DNA of 58,153 bases, taken from the IMG/VR virus record IMGVR_UViG_2100351003_000006; one strand, written 5' to 3'. The stretch is from an uncultured virus (IMG/VR IMGVR_UViG_2100351003_000006) (taxonomy: Duplodnaviria; Heunggongvirae; Uroviricota; Caudoviricetes). Every line of letters starts with the position of its first letter. Positions within the stretch are counted from its first letter, which is position 1. Shown in pieces: positions 18,795 through 27,402 of this stretch. The translations under genes were made by a program, and so were the position numbers. The notes below the pieces were generated by a model. It had not been told where the DNA came from. It saw nothing but the letters and a program-made list of their open reading frames with translations, and made no database searches.

Positions 18795-18985
18795 ACTTCA
18801 AAACTTCATAACTTCAAGCCTTAGATACCCTGTATACCCAGATCTGCCCTCGCGCGCGATCCCGAGAGAGAAGGAGAGAAAAAAACAGGATGTATATTGA
18901 ATGAATTAAATATTGAAGTATTTATAGATCTAGCTCTCTCTCTCGGGACACTCCCCTTGAATGAATGAATTATTGAAGTTATTGC
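18795..18985. repeat. AT-rich iterated region, candidate phage replication origin
   Basis: ACTTCA x3, two TTGAATGAAT...ATTGAAGT repeats and a cccgagagag/ctctctcggg inverted repeat directly after the primase. Confidence 0.5.
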
Positions 18986-19109
18986 CGTAGTCCCGTTCTT
19001 GCTCTGACCCGTACCCGATCCCGATCGGGCATGAGGGAGCGCCGAAGACCCTGACCCGGTCGCGTGCACGCTCCTCCAGGCCGCCACTAGCCTTTTGGAG
19101 GATTTGCAC

Positions 19110-19619
19110 ATGTCCCACCACCCCACAACGCAGCCAGCGGCTTCTGCCGCCGCCCTCCCTGGCGCTACGCTCGCTCTCGATCTCGGCCAGCACACCGGCT
19201 GGGCGCTGGCCTATCCACGCGGTCCCATCACCTCGGGTACCGAGACCTTCAAAGCGGGCCGCTTCGAGGGCGGCGGCATGCCGCTGCTGCGCTTCGCCGC
19301 GTGGCTTGACGAATTGCAGGCCAAGGCCGGTCCGCTGACCGCCGTCGTGTTCGAGGAAGTGCGCGCGCACCGAGGCACGGCGGCGGCCCACACCTACGGC
19401 GCCTTCCTCGGGCAACTGACCGCGTGGTGCGAGCTCCACCAGGTGCCCTACCAGGGCGTGCCGGTCGGCACGATCAAGAAGCACGCGACCGGACGCGGCA
19501 ATGCCGGCAAGGACGAGGTGATCGCGGCGATGCGCGCCAAGGGTTTTTATCCCGCCGACGACAACGAAGCGGATGCGCTGGCGCTTCTGCAATGGGTGCT
19601 GAAAGGGGGTGCACGATGA
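19110..19619 (+). CDS. RuvC-like Holliday junction resolvase
   Basis: LALDLGQHTGWA, VVFEEV, IKKHATGRGNAGK, DDNEADALALL. Confidence 0.8.
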   Translation: MSHHPTTQPAASAAALPGATLALDLGQHTGWALAYPRGPITSGTETFKAGRFEGGGMPLLRFAAWLDELQAKAGPLTAVVFEEVRAHRGTAAAHTYGAFLGQLTAWCELHQVPYQGVPVGTIKKHATGRGNAGKDEVIAAMRAKGFYPADDNEADALALLQWVLKGGAR

Positions 19620-19843
19620 GCCGACTGACCTGCACCCTCGGGCGCCTGGTGCCGGTGGCGCCAGCGACCGAAGACGAGCTGCGGGCGATGCGTGCCGCCG
19701 CTTGGCACAAGCAGGGCGTCATCGCGGTGTCGCTCGAATCGGTCACCGACCGTTGGGAGCGCACGCTCCTCGAGGCGATCGGCAGCCGGCTCTACGGACG
19801 CCGGCAGAAGGCTTCCGATCGCCGTGGGGAGAACTCGCGATGA
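19616..19843 (+). CDS. Hypothetical phage protein
   Basis: ATGA-coupled at both ends. Confidence 0.6.
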   Translation: MSRLTCTLGRLVPVAPATEDELRAMRAAAWHKQGVIAVSLESVTDRWERTLLEAIGSRLYGRRQKASDRRGENSR

Positions 19844-20379
19844 GCGCCAAGACGAAACCCACTCCGTACGGTCCGGTGCGCCCCCTGGCCGGCAGTCGCC
19901 AAGTCGAGTGGGTGCGCGAGGCGTCCGGTGAGCACCAGGGCAACGAGCACTTCCGTACCATCGATTCGCTCAGGCTGATGCTGAAGAACGGCACCATCAC
20001 GCCACCGATGCACGACGCCGGGCAGGAATTCTCGGCCACGTTCGTGCGAGCTCAACTGGACGGACCGCGCGCGCTGGCGCTTGACCGCATTCGCGGTGGG
20101 CAGTGGTGCGACAGCATGACCGAGCGCACCGCCTTTGCCCGCAAGCGTATCGGCCAGGCGCTCGACGCCGTGGGCGGTATCGGCAGTCCGGGTGGCTCGG
20201 CAGTGTGGCATGTCGCCGGGCTCGGGCAGAGCATCAAGGAGTGGTCGGCGCAACAAGGCTGGAACGGTCGGCCGCTGTCACAGCCCGAGGCACGCGGGAT
20301 CCTGGTCGCGGCACTCGCCATGCTTTCTATGCATTACGGGTATTTGCGTGAGGCCGGGAGCAAACCCCTTGACCGGTGA
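19840..20379 (+). CDS. DUF6456-like protein, putative late-gene regulator (Q-analogous position)
   Basis: DSLRLMLKNGTIT..MHDAG..F, VWHVAGLGQSIKEW, GILVAAL..L..HYG; last early gene before a promoter-terminator unit. Confidence 0.65.
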   Translation: MSAKTKPTPYGPVRPLAGSRQVEWVREASGEHQGNEHFRTIDSLRLMLKNGTITPPMHDAGQEFSATFVRAQLDGPRALALDRIRGGQWCDSMTERTAFARKRIGQALDAVGGIGSPGGSAVWHVAGLGQSIKEWSAQQGWNGRPLSQPEARGILVAALAMLSMHYGYLREAGSKPLDR

Positions 20380-20397
20380 ACATCGAAGGCCTAGCAT
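20369..20397 (+). promoter_or_regulatory. Sigma70-type promoter (putative late promoter)
   Basis: TTGACC-17 bp-TAGCAT. Confidence 0.6.
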
Positions 20398-20412
20398 TTC
20401 GTCAGCCTCAAA

Positions 20413-20492
20413 CAAAAGCGCCTGCCGATCCTCCTCGCCGCAGGCGTTTTTGCATTCTGGCTCGACTTGACCCGCCCCGGTGGCGGGTTTTT
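20413..20492 (+). terminator. Two tandem intrinsic terminator hairpins after the late promoter
   Basis: aaaagcgcctgc...gcaggcgttttt (20413-20452) and acccgcc-ccggt-ggcgggttttt (20470-20492). Confidence 0.65.
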
Positions 20493-20530
20493 GCTTTCAG
20501 CGCCGCACCCTCCTGGAACTCCCGAACACC

Positions 20531-21937
20531 ATGCTCAACGTCGAGTACCGCAAGGTCGAGACGCTGATTCCCTGCGCCCGGAATCCGCGTACCCACAACG
20601 CCGAGCAGGTGGCCAAGATCGCCGCCAGCATCGTCGAGTACGGGTGGACCAACCCGATCCTGGTCGATGGCGACAACGGTATCGTCGCCGGTCACGGCCG
20701 GCTCGCCGCGGCGCGCAAGCTGAACCTGGACGATGTGCCGGTCATCGAACTGGCCCACCTCACGCCAACCCAGAAGCGCGCCTATCTCATCGCGGACAAC
20801 CGCATGGCGCTGGATGCCGGCTGGGACGACGCCATGCTGGCGCTGGAACTCGAAGACCTGAAGCTGGCCGACTTCGATCTCTCGTTGACCGGATTCGACG
20901 CCGACGAGATCGAGGCCTTGCTGGCTGACAGTCACACCGACGCAGAGCAGCCGGGCGATGGCAACCCGCCCGATGCCGCCGACGATGTGCCCGAGGTTCC
21001 GGCCAATCCCGTATCTCGTCCCGGCGACGTGTGGGCCTTGGGTCAGCATCGCCTGATCTGCGGTGACGCCGCTGACTCTGCCGTGATCACGACGCTGATG
21101 GCCGACGAGCAAGCCAACCTGCTGTTCACCAGCCCGCCATACGCCAACCAGCGCGCCTACACAACCGGTGGCATCGCCGACTGGGATCGCTTGATGCAGG
21201 GCGTCTTCGCCCTGGCGATGACCGTGATGGCCAGCGCGGCACAGATGCTGGTCAACCTCGGCCTGGTCCATCGCGAAGGCACCGTGGTGCGCTACTGGGA
21301 CGAATGGCTCACCTGGATGCCGCGCCAGGGTTGGCGCTTCTTCGGCTGGTACGTCTGGGACCAGGGCGTGACCGTTCCTGGCGATTGGGCCGGCCGACTC
21401 GCACCGCGCCACGAGTTCCTCTTCCACTTCAATCGCGAGGCGCGGAAGCCGAACAAGATCGTACCGTGCAAGTTCGCGGGTCAGGACAAGCATCTGCAGG
21501 CCGACGGCAGCAGCAGCGGCGGGCTGCGTACCAGGGAAGGCGAGCGTACCGGCTGGAACCATGCCGGCAAAGTGACGCAGGAGTTTCGCATTCCGGACTC
21601 GGTGGTGACCGCTACCCGCCAGCGCGGATCGATCGGCGAGGGGATCGACCACCCCGCCGTCTTCCCCATCGCCCTTCCGGAGTTCATCCTCGAGGCCTAC
21701 TCCGACACCGGCGACCTCGTCTTCGAGCCCTTCTGCGGTTCAGGAACGACGATGCTCGCGGCACAGCGTACCGGCCGCATCGCCCGCTCGGTCGAGATTG
21801 CCCCCGAGTACGTCGATGTGGCGATCAAGCGCTTCCAGCAGAATTTTGCCGGCGTGCCGGTGACGCTCGTGGCCACCGGCCAGACGTTTGACGAGGTCGC
21901 CGACGAACGACTGGGGAGCGACGATGCTGACCGTTGA
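20531..21937 (+). CDS. ParB-like N-terminal domain + DNA methyltransferase (SPPY, likely m4C)
   Basis: NPRTH...VAGHGRLAAA..ADNR; FTSPPY; HPAVFP; EPFCGSGTT. Confidence 0.9.
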   Translation: MLNVEYRKVETLIPCARNPRTHNAEQVAKIAASIVEYGWTNPILVDGDNGIVAGHGRLAAARKLNLDDVPVIELAHLTPTQKRAYLIADNRMALDAGWDDAMLALELEDLKLADFDLSLTGFDADEIEALLADSHTDAEQPGDGNPPDAADDVPEVPANPVSRPGDVWALGQHRLICGDAADSAVITTLMADEQANLLFTSPPYANQRAYTTGGIADWDRLMQGVFALAMTVMASAAQMLVNLGLVHREGTVVRYWDEWLTWMPRQGWRFFGWYVWDQGVTVPGDWAGRLAPRHEFLFHFNREARKPNKIVPCKFAGQDKHLQADGSSSGGLRTREGERTGWNHAGKVTQEFRIPDSVVTATRQRGSIGEGIDHPAVFPIALPEFILEAYSDTGDLVFEPFCGSGTTMLAAQRTGRIARSVEIAPEYVDVAIKRFQQNFAGVPVTLVATGQTFDEVADERLGSDDADR

Positions 21938-23183
21938 GCAGTGGCCGATCGACCGCCTGATCGAGTACGCGCGCAACCCTCGCAAGAACGATCATGCCGT
22001 CGACCAGATGGCCGCCGCCATCCAGGAGTTCGGCTTTCGGATCCCCTGTGTCGCCCAGTCCGATGGGCGCCTGGTCGATGGTCACCTGCGCCTGAAGGCG
22101 GCGCGCAAGCTCGGGCTCGACACGGTGCCGGTGATCCTCGCCGACGACCTGACGCCGACGCAGATCAAGGCCTTTCGTCTGCTGGCCAACCGCTCGGCGA
22201 CCTGGGCCGAGTGGGACGAGGATCTGCTGCGCCTCGAACTCGATGAGCTGAAGCTCGACGACTTCGATCTGACACTGACCGGCTTCGATGCCGACCAGCT
22301 GCTGGAAATCATGACCGGCGAGGAGACGACTGCGGCGGGGAACACCGAAGACGACGCCGTGCCGGACGTGCCGGAAACGCCGGTGTCGCGACTGGGTGAT
22401 GTGTGGGTGCTCGGCAAGCACCGGCTGCTGTGCGGGGATGCTACACACGAGGACAGCTATCAGGCACTACTCGGCACCGATCACGTGTCGATGCTCTGGC
22501 AGGACCCGCCGTACAACGTGAACTACGCCAACAGCGCGAAGGACAAAGTGCGCGGCAAGAATCGCGCGATCATCAACGACAACCTGGGTGACGGGTTCCA
22601 CGATTTCCTGGTGGCGGCCCTCACCCCGGCGCTGACGCGCTGCAATGGCGCGGTCTACATCGCGATGTCCTCCAGCGAGCTCGACGTGCTGCAGTCAGCG
22701 TTCCGCGCCGCGGGTGGCCACTGGTCGACCTTCATCATCTGGGCGAAGAACACCTTCACGCTGGGCCGCGCCGACTATCAGCGCCAGTACGAGCCGATGC
22801 TCTACGGTTGGCCCGAGGGCGGCAAGCGCCACTGGTGCGGCGACCGTGATCAAGGCGACGTGTGGCAGATCAAGAAGCCCGTCAAGAACGATCTCCATCC
22901 GACGATGAAGCCCGTGGAACTCGTCGAGCGCGCGATTCGCAATTCGAGCCACCCGGGCGATACGGTGCTCGATTGCTTCGGCGGCTCCGGTACCACGCTG
23001 ATCGCCGCCGAGAAGGCGGGACGGCAAGCACGGTTGATGGAACTGGACTCCAAGTACGTCGATACCATCGTTCGCCGCTGGCAGGACTACACCGGCAAAA
23101 ACGCCACCCGGGAGTCGGATGGCGTTGAGTTTGATGCGGTGTTGGGTCAGGCCGAGAGTGCTTCCTCGGAGATTGCGCAGTGA
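21924..23183 (+). CDS. ParB-like N-terminal domain + DNA methyltransferase (DPPY, likely m6A)
   Basis: VDGHLRLKAA; QDPPYNV; HPTMKP; DCFGGSGTT. Confidence 0.9.
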   Translation: MLTVEQWPIDRLIEYARNPRKNDHAVDQMAAAIQEFGFRIPCVAQSDGRLVDGHLRLKAARKLGLDTVPVILADDLTPTQIKAFRLLANRSATWAEWDEDLLRLELDELKLDDFDLTLTGFDADQLLEIMTGEETTAAGNTEDDAVPDVPETPVSRLGDVWVLGKHRLLCGDATHEDSYQALLGTDHVSMLWQDPPYNVNYANSAKDKVRGKNRAIINDNLGDGFHDFLVAALTPALTRCNGAVYIAMSSSELDVLQSAFRAAGGHWSTFIIWAKNTFTLGRADYQRQYEPMLYGWPEGGKRHWCGDRDQGDVWQIKKPVKNDLHPTMKPVELVERAIRNSSHPGDTVLDCFGGSGTTLIAAEKAGRQARLMELDSKYVDTIVRRWQDYTGKNATRESDGVEFDAVLGQAESASSEIAQ

Positions 23184-23527
23184 ATTACAAACCCCGTCAG
23201 GTAGGGTAAGCCTTGCGGGATGCCGGAGTCTTTGCTGGTCCGGCGGTTGATCGTCCAGCCCATCCATTGGGTGATGGCGGCGTGAATCGCCTGCTCGACG
23301 TGCTTGCCGACCAGCATCTGGTTGCGGACATCATCAGAAAAGTGTCGTCCGTGGCGGCTGTCGAGGAAGAGCCTGACCGATTCGAGAGGCTCGCCGGTAG
23401 CGTTGGAGATTGCGGTCATGGCCAAAAGCCATGCGACTTCGGCATTGTCCTGCATGCCGCCGTAGAAGCCCCAGGCTTCGTTCTCGGTGGCGGGGATCGG
23501 GTTGGCGATGGTGTTGGCGGTGGTCAT
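23147..23527 (-). CDS. Hypothetical protein (cassette 8 of the minus-strand array)
   Basis: GGGAG RBS, own promoter copy at 23561; WGFYG and FLDSRHGRHF.DD motifs. Confidence 0.75.
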   Translation of the reverse strand: MTTANTIANPIPATENEAWGFYGGMQDNAEVAWLLAMTAISNATGEPLESVRLFLDSRHGRHFSDDVRNQMLVGKHVEQAIHAAITQWMGWTINRRTSKDSGIPQGLPYLTGFVIHCAISEEALSA

Positions 23528-23618
23528 GGTGTTTCTCCCGTTTGCGTTGATGACAGAGACATGATTGCTCTACCACGAACACAAGCCAAGTGCTTTCTCA
23601 ATCATTTTGGCAACGCTT

Positions 23619-23870
23619 TCAGTCTTCCCAAATGGACGTTGCGTCGCGTGCAATCCCGATGCGCGCCCGGTCGTCGTCGCTTGCTGCTTCGAGCACCGCG
23701 CTGCCTGTTTTCGTGTTGACGCCCGCTTTGCCGGTGGCACAGAAAGTCTTGCCGTCGTGGATGATGATGCTCGGCGCCGCCTTGCTGAACTCGATCTGGA
23801 TGCTCATCATGCCGCGGTTGCGACCGTTGGTATCGGTCACGTTGGTCTGGGGGGTGGTCTTGGCGGTCAT
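23619..23870 (-). CDS. Hypothetical protein, 83 aa (cassette 7)
   Basis: GAGGAG RBS, promoter copy at 23907. Confidence 0.7.
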   Translation of the reverse strand: MTAKTTPQTNVTDTNGRNRGMMSIQIEFSKAAPSIIIHDGKTFCATGKAGVNTKTGSAVLEAASDDDRARIGIARDATSIWED

Positions 23871-24036
23871 GGCATGCTCCTCGGGGTAGTTGGCTGCGAC
23901 ACCCGTATGAACGCGCTGTTTGATTGACAAGGCAAGCGCGTTCTCAATCATCGCGGGCCCATGGCGCCTTGGCTTGCACAGACGCGCCGTGTGGCGTCGT
24001 CGTGTCGCCGGCGAGTCCTTGCTTGCCGACGCCGAT

Positions 24037-24416
24037 TCAGCACCACGTCACGCCAGACCGCAGTTCGTGGGCAATCGCCAGCAGGTGAAAGACTTCCTTG
24101 AGGCGCCGGACGACACCCTCCTGGTCGATGCCCGGGTCGATGACGCGAACGCCCCGCTGGATGGTCGGCTGGCCGTCGATCTCAACGATGCGGGTCGGCC
24201 CGCTCTCGTCGGTCGGTGCGACGGTCTGGATACCCCAGGCCTGATGCAACGCCCGGATGGCCCGTTGACGCAGGCGCGGTAGTTCGGCGAAGTCGATCTC
24301 GCCGTAACCCTCGGAGGTGTCGATGCCCAGCGCGCCCAGCACGATGGCCGCATTGCGATTGTGGAGTAGTTGACCTCGGTTTCGGGCTGCTGGTCGATGC
24401 GGATGGTAATGCTCAT
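24037..24416 (-). pseudogene. Hypothetical protein with frameshift near 24361 (cassette 6)
   Basis: MSITIRIDQQPETEVNYS switches frame to NRNAAIVLGALG...GVTWC; GGGAG RBS and promoter copy at 24454. Confidence 0.65.
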
Positions 24417-24530
24417 GGTGTGGCTCCCTGGCGTGGTTGGTGGCGACACCTCGATGAACGCGCTGTTTGATTGAGAAGCCAAGCGCCACGACGATCATTC
24501 GCGTGACCCGACGTCTGGTTCGAGATGGCC

Positions 24531-24758
24531 TCAACCCTGGCTGTCGAGTTGGAAACTGCCCGGGCCGTTGCCTTCGTCGTCGGCGAGGAAGATGAGGGTT
24601 CGCTTCTGCCCGTTGGGCAAGGTAATGACCAGACCGAAGAATTCGTCGCCGCACTCGTCGACGCCGGTCCGGGCAAGGTTGGTGATGGTGCCGCCCAACA
24701 GCGGGCGCAGTTGCTGGAGATGGAAGTCGACGACGGAGGGTGGGGTGCTGGTGGTCAT
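24531..24758 (-). CDS. Hypothetical protein, 75 aa (cassette 5, no own promoter copy)
   Basis: AAAGGAG RBS; C-terminal DDEGNGPG motif. Confidence 0.7.
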   Translation of the reverse strand: MTTSTPPSVVDFHLQQLRPLLGGTITNLARTGVDECGDEFFGLVITLPNGQKRTLIFLADDEGNGPGSFQLDSQG

Positions 24759-24806
24759 GACAGACTCCTTTGGTGTACTAGTGGACGACGGGTGCTGGTC
24801 ATCGGT

Positions 24807-25079
24807 TTAGGCGCCCCGCAGGACAGTGATGCCGGCCTGCGCCAGGGTCAACGCGGCGCTCGCGAAGATCGTCTCGGCCATCCCGGGGCACGCCTGGGTG
24901 TCGTCGAGCAATTCGTCGACGACTTCGCGAGACCTGGCGCGCATCGCCACGAGTGCCGCCTCGCGCAGTTCGTGGCTGGCGGTCCTGATCTCCGGGCAGA
25001 GCCGGATCAGCGTGGTGAGGGCGGCGGTGGCGAGTTGGTTGCCGAGGGTATCCAGGCTGCTGGTTTGGGTCGGGGTCAT
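24807..25079 (-). CDS. Hypothetical helical protein, 90 aa (cassette 4)
   Basis: AGGAG RBS, promoter copy at 25112. Confidence 0.7.
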   Translation of the reverse strand: MTPTQTSSLDTLGNQLATAALTTLIRLCPEIRTASHELREAALVAMRARSREVVDELLDDTQACPGMAETIFASAALTLAQAGITVLRGA

Positions 25080-25295
25080 GGCGGGCTCCTGCGGTGGTTG
25101 ATGACGATCGTATGAACGCGCTGTTCGCTGCTGAAGCCAAGCGGAATCACAATCTTCGTCGGCTGGCCCCTGGCGTCGTGACGCTCGCCACCTCCTCGGC
25201 GTTGGCCCTGCGGGTTGCACGGCCGCGCCGTGTGGCGCTTCGACGCCGCCGGTTGACTACTTGGTGCACCGCGCCAGTTCCGGCGCCCAGACGCC

Positions 25296-25318
25296 AAAAC
25301 GCCCGGTGGCCCGGGCGT
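25296..25318 (-). terminator. Intrinsic terminator, repeated at 26446-26465
   Basis: acgcccgg-4 nt-ccgggcgt hairpin followed by a T run on the minus strand. Confidence 0.7.
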
Positions 25319-25337
25319 CTGGCGAGATGGTTGGCGG

Positions 25338-26327
25338 CTAGGCCACCAATTTCTCCGCCAGCTGGTACGCGTGATCCTTGAACCGGGCGCCCGGGCCAAA
25401 CCAGGCGGCGTTCAACCGGTTGTCCTGGAGGCGGCCCTTCTCGTGGTCGATGTACTCGGTGGTGGCGTTGAGCAGACCCCACAGGGTCTGGTCGGTCGCG
25501 TCCTGGTGGCCGCCGATCATCTCGCCGGCAAAGAGTTCGAGGATGCGGCGGTAGCCCTTGGACTTCCTGACCTGCTCAGGCGTGTAACTCTGCCCGTAGG
25601 GCATGAAGGGCTGGAACAAGTCCTGCAGCCAGCCATCGGTTTCGAGATCGGTCAGTTTCCGGCCGGCCATCAGCCCGGCCTTCTGCTGGAACTCGTCCCA
25701 TGCGTCCAGCGCGATGCCCAGGTCCGCCCGGACCGCTTTGGCATCGAAGATCGCCTGGTGCGAGATCGTCACCTGACGCTGCGCATCCCGGTTGCGCAGG
25801 GAGGCCTGCAGCGTGTTGTTGCACACGACCCGAATCGTCGTAAACCGCGCCACGGTCGCCATCGTGCCGTCGTAGGAGGTCGCCAGCAGCAGGTAGGGCG
25901 CGACTTCGTCGTCCAGGATGCGGGCGTTCTTGCCAACGCGCCCCAGTGCCCAGATGCGCCGGCCATTCATCAGAGCGCCGACGGTCTCGATGCGGAACTG
26001 CTTGGCCTCGGCCAACGCACCGAAGAAGTTGAGAATGTCCGCCGGCTGGACCACCTGGTAGTCGGACGAGACGACCGACAAGGGTGCGCCACAGTCGCTG
26101 CGGTACAGCACGTGCTTGTCGGCAAAGGACTCGCGCTGGTTCGTGACGGTGCTGTCGAACTGGACCTCGGCCTTGAGGGCGCGCCATTCGAGCTGCGCGG
26201 CCTTCTGCCAGACCTCGACGCTGGCCTCGGGATCGACCGTTTGCCCGAGCCCGTGCCAGGGGACATCGGTGTCCGTGGCGTAGGCGATGGCGGCTTGGCC
26301 GGTGGTGAAGTCGATCTGGTGTGCCAT
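25338..26327 (-). CDS. DUF932 domain protein (cassette 3)
   Basis: PWHGLG, LSVVS.DYQVVQP, YLLLATSYDGT, IRVVCNNTL, TLWGLLNATTEYIDH. Confidence 0.9.
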   Translation of the reverse strand: MAHQIDFTTGQAAIAYATDTDVPWHGLGQTVDPEASVEVWQKAAQLEWRALKAEVQFDSTVTNQRESFADKHVLYRSDCGAPLSVVSSDYQVVQPADILNFFGALAEAKQFRIETVGALMNGRRIWALGRVGKNARILDDEVAPYLLLATSYDGTMATVARFTTIRVVCNNTLQASLRNRDAQRQVTISHQAIFDAKAVRADLGIALDAWDEFQQKAGLMAGRKLTDLETDGWLQDLFQPFMPYGQSYTPEQVRKSKGYRRILELFAGEMIGGHQDATDQTLWGLLNATTEYIDHEKGRLQDNRLNAAWFGPGARFKDHAYQLAEKLVA

Positions 26328-26484
26328 GGTGTTTCTCCTTCGTGGTGTGGTTGATGACGATCATATGAACGCGCTGTGCCCAACACAAGCCAAGCGATTT
26401 TTTAGTCCTCTGTCGTTTATCTTCGCCGTGGCTCCAAACGCAAGAACGCCCGGTGGCCCGGGCGTCTGGTGATGCTGTGGCGAC

Positions 26485-26676
26485 TCACACCATGTGGCGT
26501 GGGTCGCCGGTCAGGATTTCGAGCCAGTCCATGACGTAGTGCTCGCCGGAGACGCCTTGGGTGCGCACCTGGCGCACGCGCTTCATGGTGAGATTCCACT
26601 CCTCGGCAATGCCGCGGATCGTCTTGTGATGCTTGCGCATGAGGTGCTGGATGGTTTGGGCGCTGAGGGTGTTCAT
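26485..26676 (-). CDS. Small HTH-like protein, 63 aa (cassette 2)
   Basis: TIRGIAEEWNLTMKRVRQVR helix-turn-helix pattern; AGGAG RBS; promoter copy at 26709. Confidence 0.7.
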   Translation of the reverse strand: MNTLSAQTIQHLMRKHHKTIRGIAEEWNLTMKRVRQVRTQGVSGEHYVMDWLEILTGDPRHMV

Positions 26677-26793
26677 GGTGGTCTCCTGCTGGCGTTGATG
26701 ACGATCGTATGAACGCGCTGTCTGGCGCCGAAGCCAAGCTTTTCGTCAATCTTTTTCGGGGCGGCTGGATGTTTCCAACCACCCCTTCGGTGA

Positions 26794-27315
26794 CTACCCA
26801 ATGTGGTAGATGCGCTCACCACCCTGGGGTTTCTCCGAGGTGATGGTCAGCCCGAGCTTCTTCTTGAACGCGCCGGCAAACGCGCCTCGCACGGTGTGCG
26901 ACTGCCAGCCGGTGGATGCGCAAATTTGCGCAATTGTCGCGCCCTCGGGGCGTTTGAGCAGGGCGATCACCGCCGCCTGCTTGCTGTTCTCGCGGGTGCG
27001 GGGTTTCACCGTCGTCGCTTGCTTCTCGGCCACCCATTGCGCCTCGGTGGCCGCCAGGGCGGCTTCGACCTCCGGGTCGGGATGCGTGGTCGGCAGTGCC
27101 GGCGGGGTGCGCCCCAGGGCGTCGTAGCCAACCGGCGAGATGAACCAGTCAGCGTCGCTGCCGGTGATGAGGGCTTTGTTGCAGAGGCCCTCGATCACCT
27201 TCTTGCGGGCGCCGCCCTTGACGTTGTCGGGGAACCAATTGACACGGCCATCGGGTTGCTCGGCAGCCTGTTCGAGGACCAGGCGCTGGGTGTCGGTGAG
27301 TGCGGTGCGGGTCAT
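26794..27315 (-). CDS. DUF3489 domain (winged-helix) protein (cassette 1)
   Basis: RENSKQAAVIALLKRPEGATIAQI...TGWQSHTVRG...KKKLGL...RIY; AAGGAG RBS; promoter copy at 27350. Confidence 0.88.
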   Translation of the reverse strand: MTRTALTDTQRLVLEQAAEQPDGRVNWFPDNVKGGARKKVIEGLCNKALITGSDADWFISPVGYDALGRTPPALPTTHPDPEVEAALAATEAQWVAEKQATTVKPRTRENSKQAAVIALLKRPEGATIAQICASTGWQSHTVRGAFAGAFKKKLGLTITSEKPQGGERIYHIG

Positions 27316-27402
27316 GGCGATCTCCTTGATCGGGGTTGATGACGAGCACATGAACGCGCTGTTCAATCACGAAGCCAAGTCCTGCCAACCAGAAAGACGC
27401 GA

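Larger units (their letters stand above)
23561..27379 (-). repeat. Seven dispersed copies of a 30-bp promoter-like motif CTTGGCTT-N9-ACAGCGCGTTCAT
   Basis: Copies at 23561-23590 (degenerate), 23907-23936, 24454-24483, 25112-25141, 26365-26394, 26709-26738 and 27350-27379. Each lies ~30-40 bp upstream of a minus-strand start codon, usually followed by GTCATCAAC and an RBS. Confidence 0.9.

Noticed and set aside
23561..27379. Repeated 30-bp motif as a CRISPR array or attC array
   Set aside because: Spacing is 350-1250 bp and irregular, the centre is variable, there is no palindrome, and each copy sits at promoter distance from a start codon.
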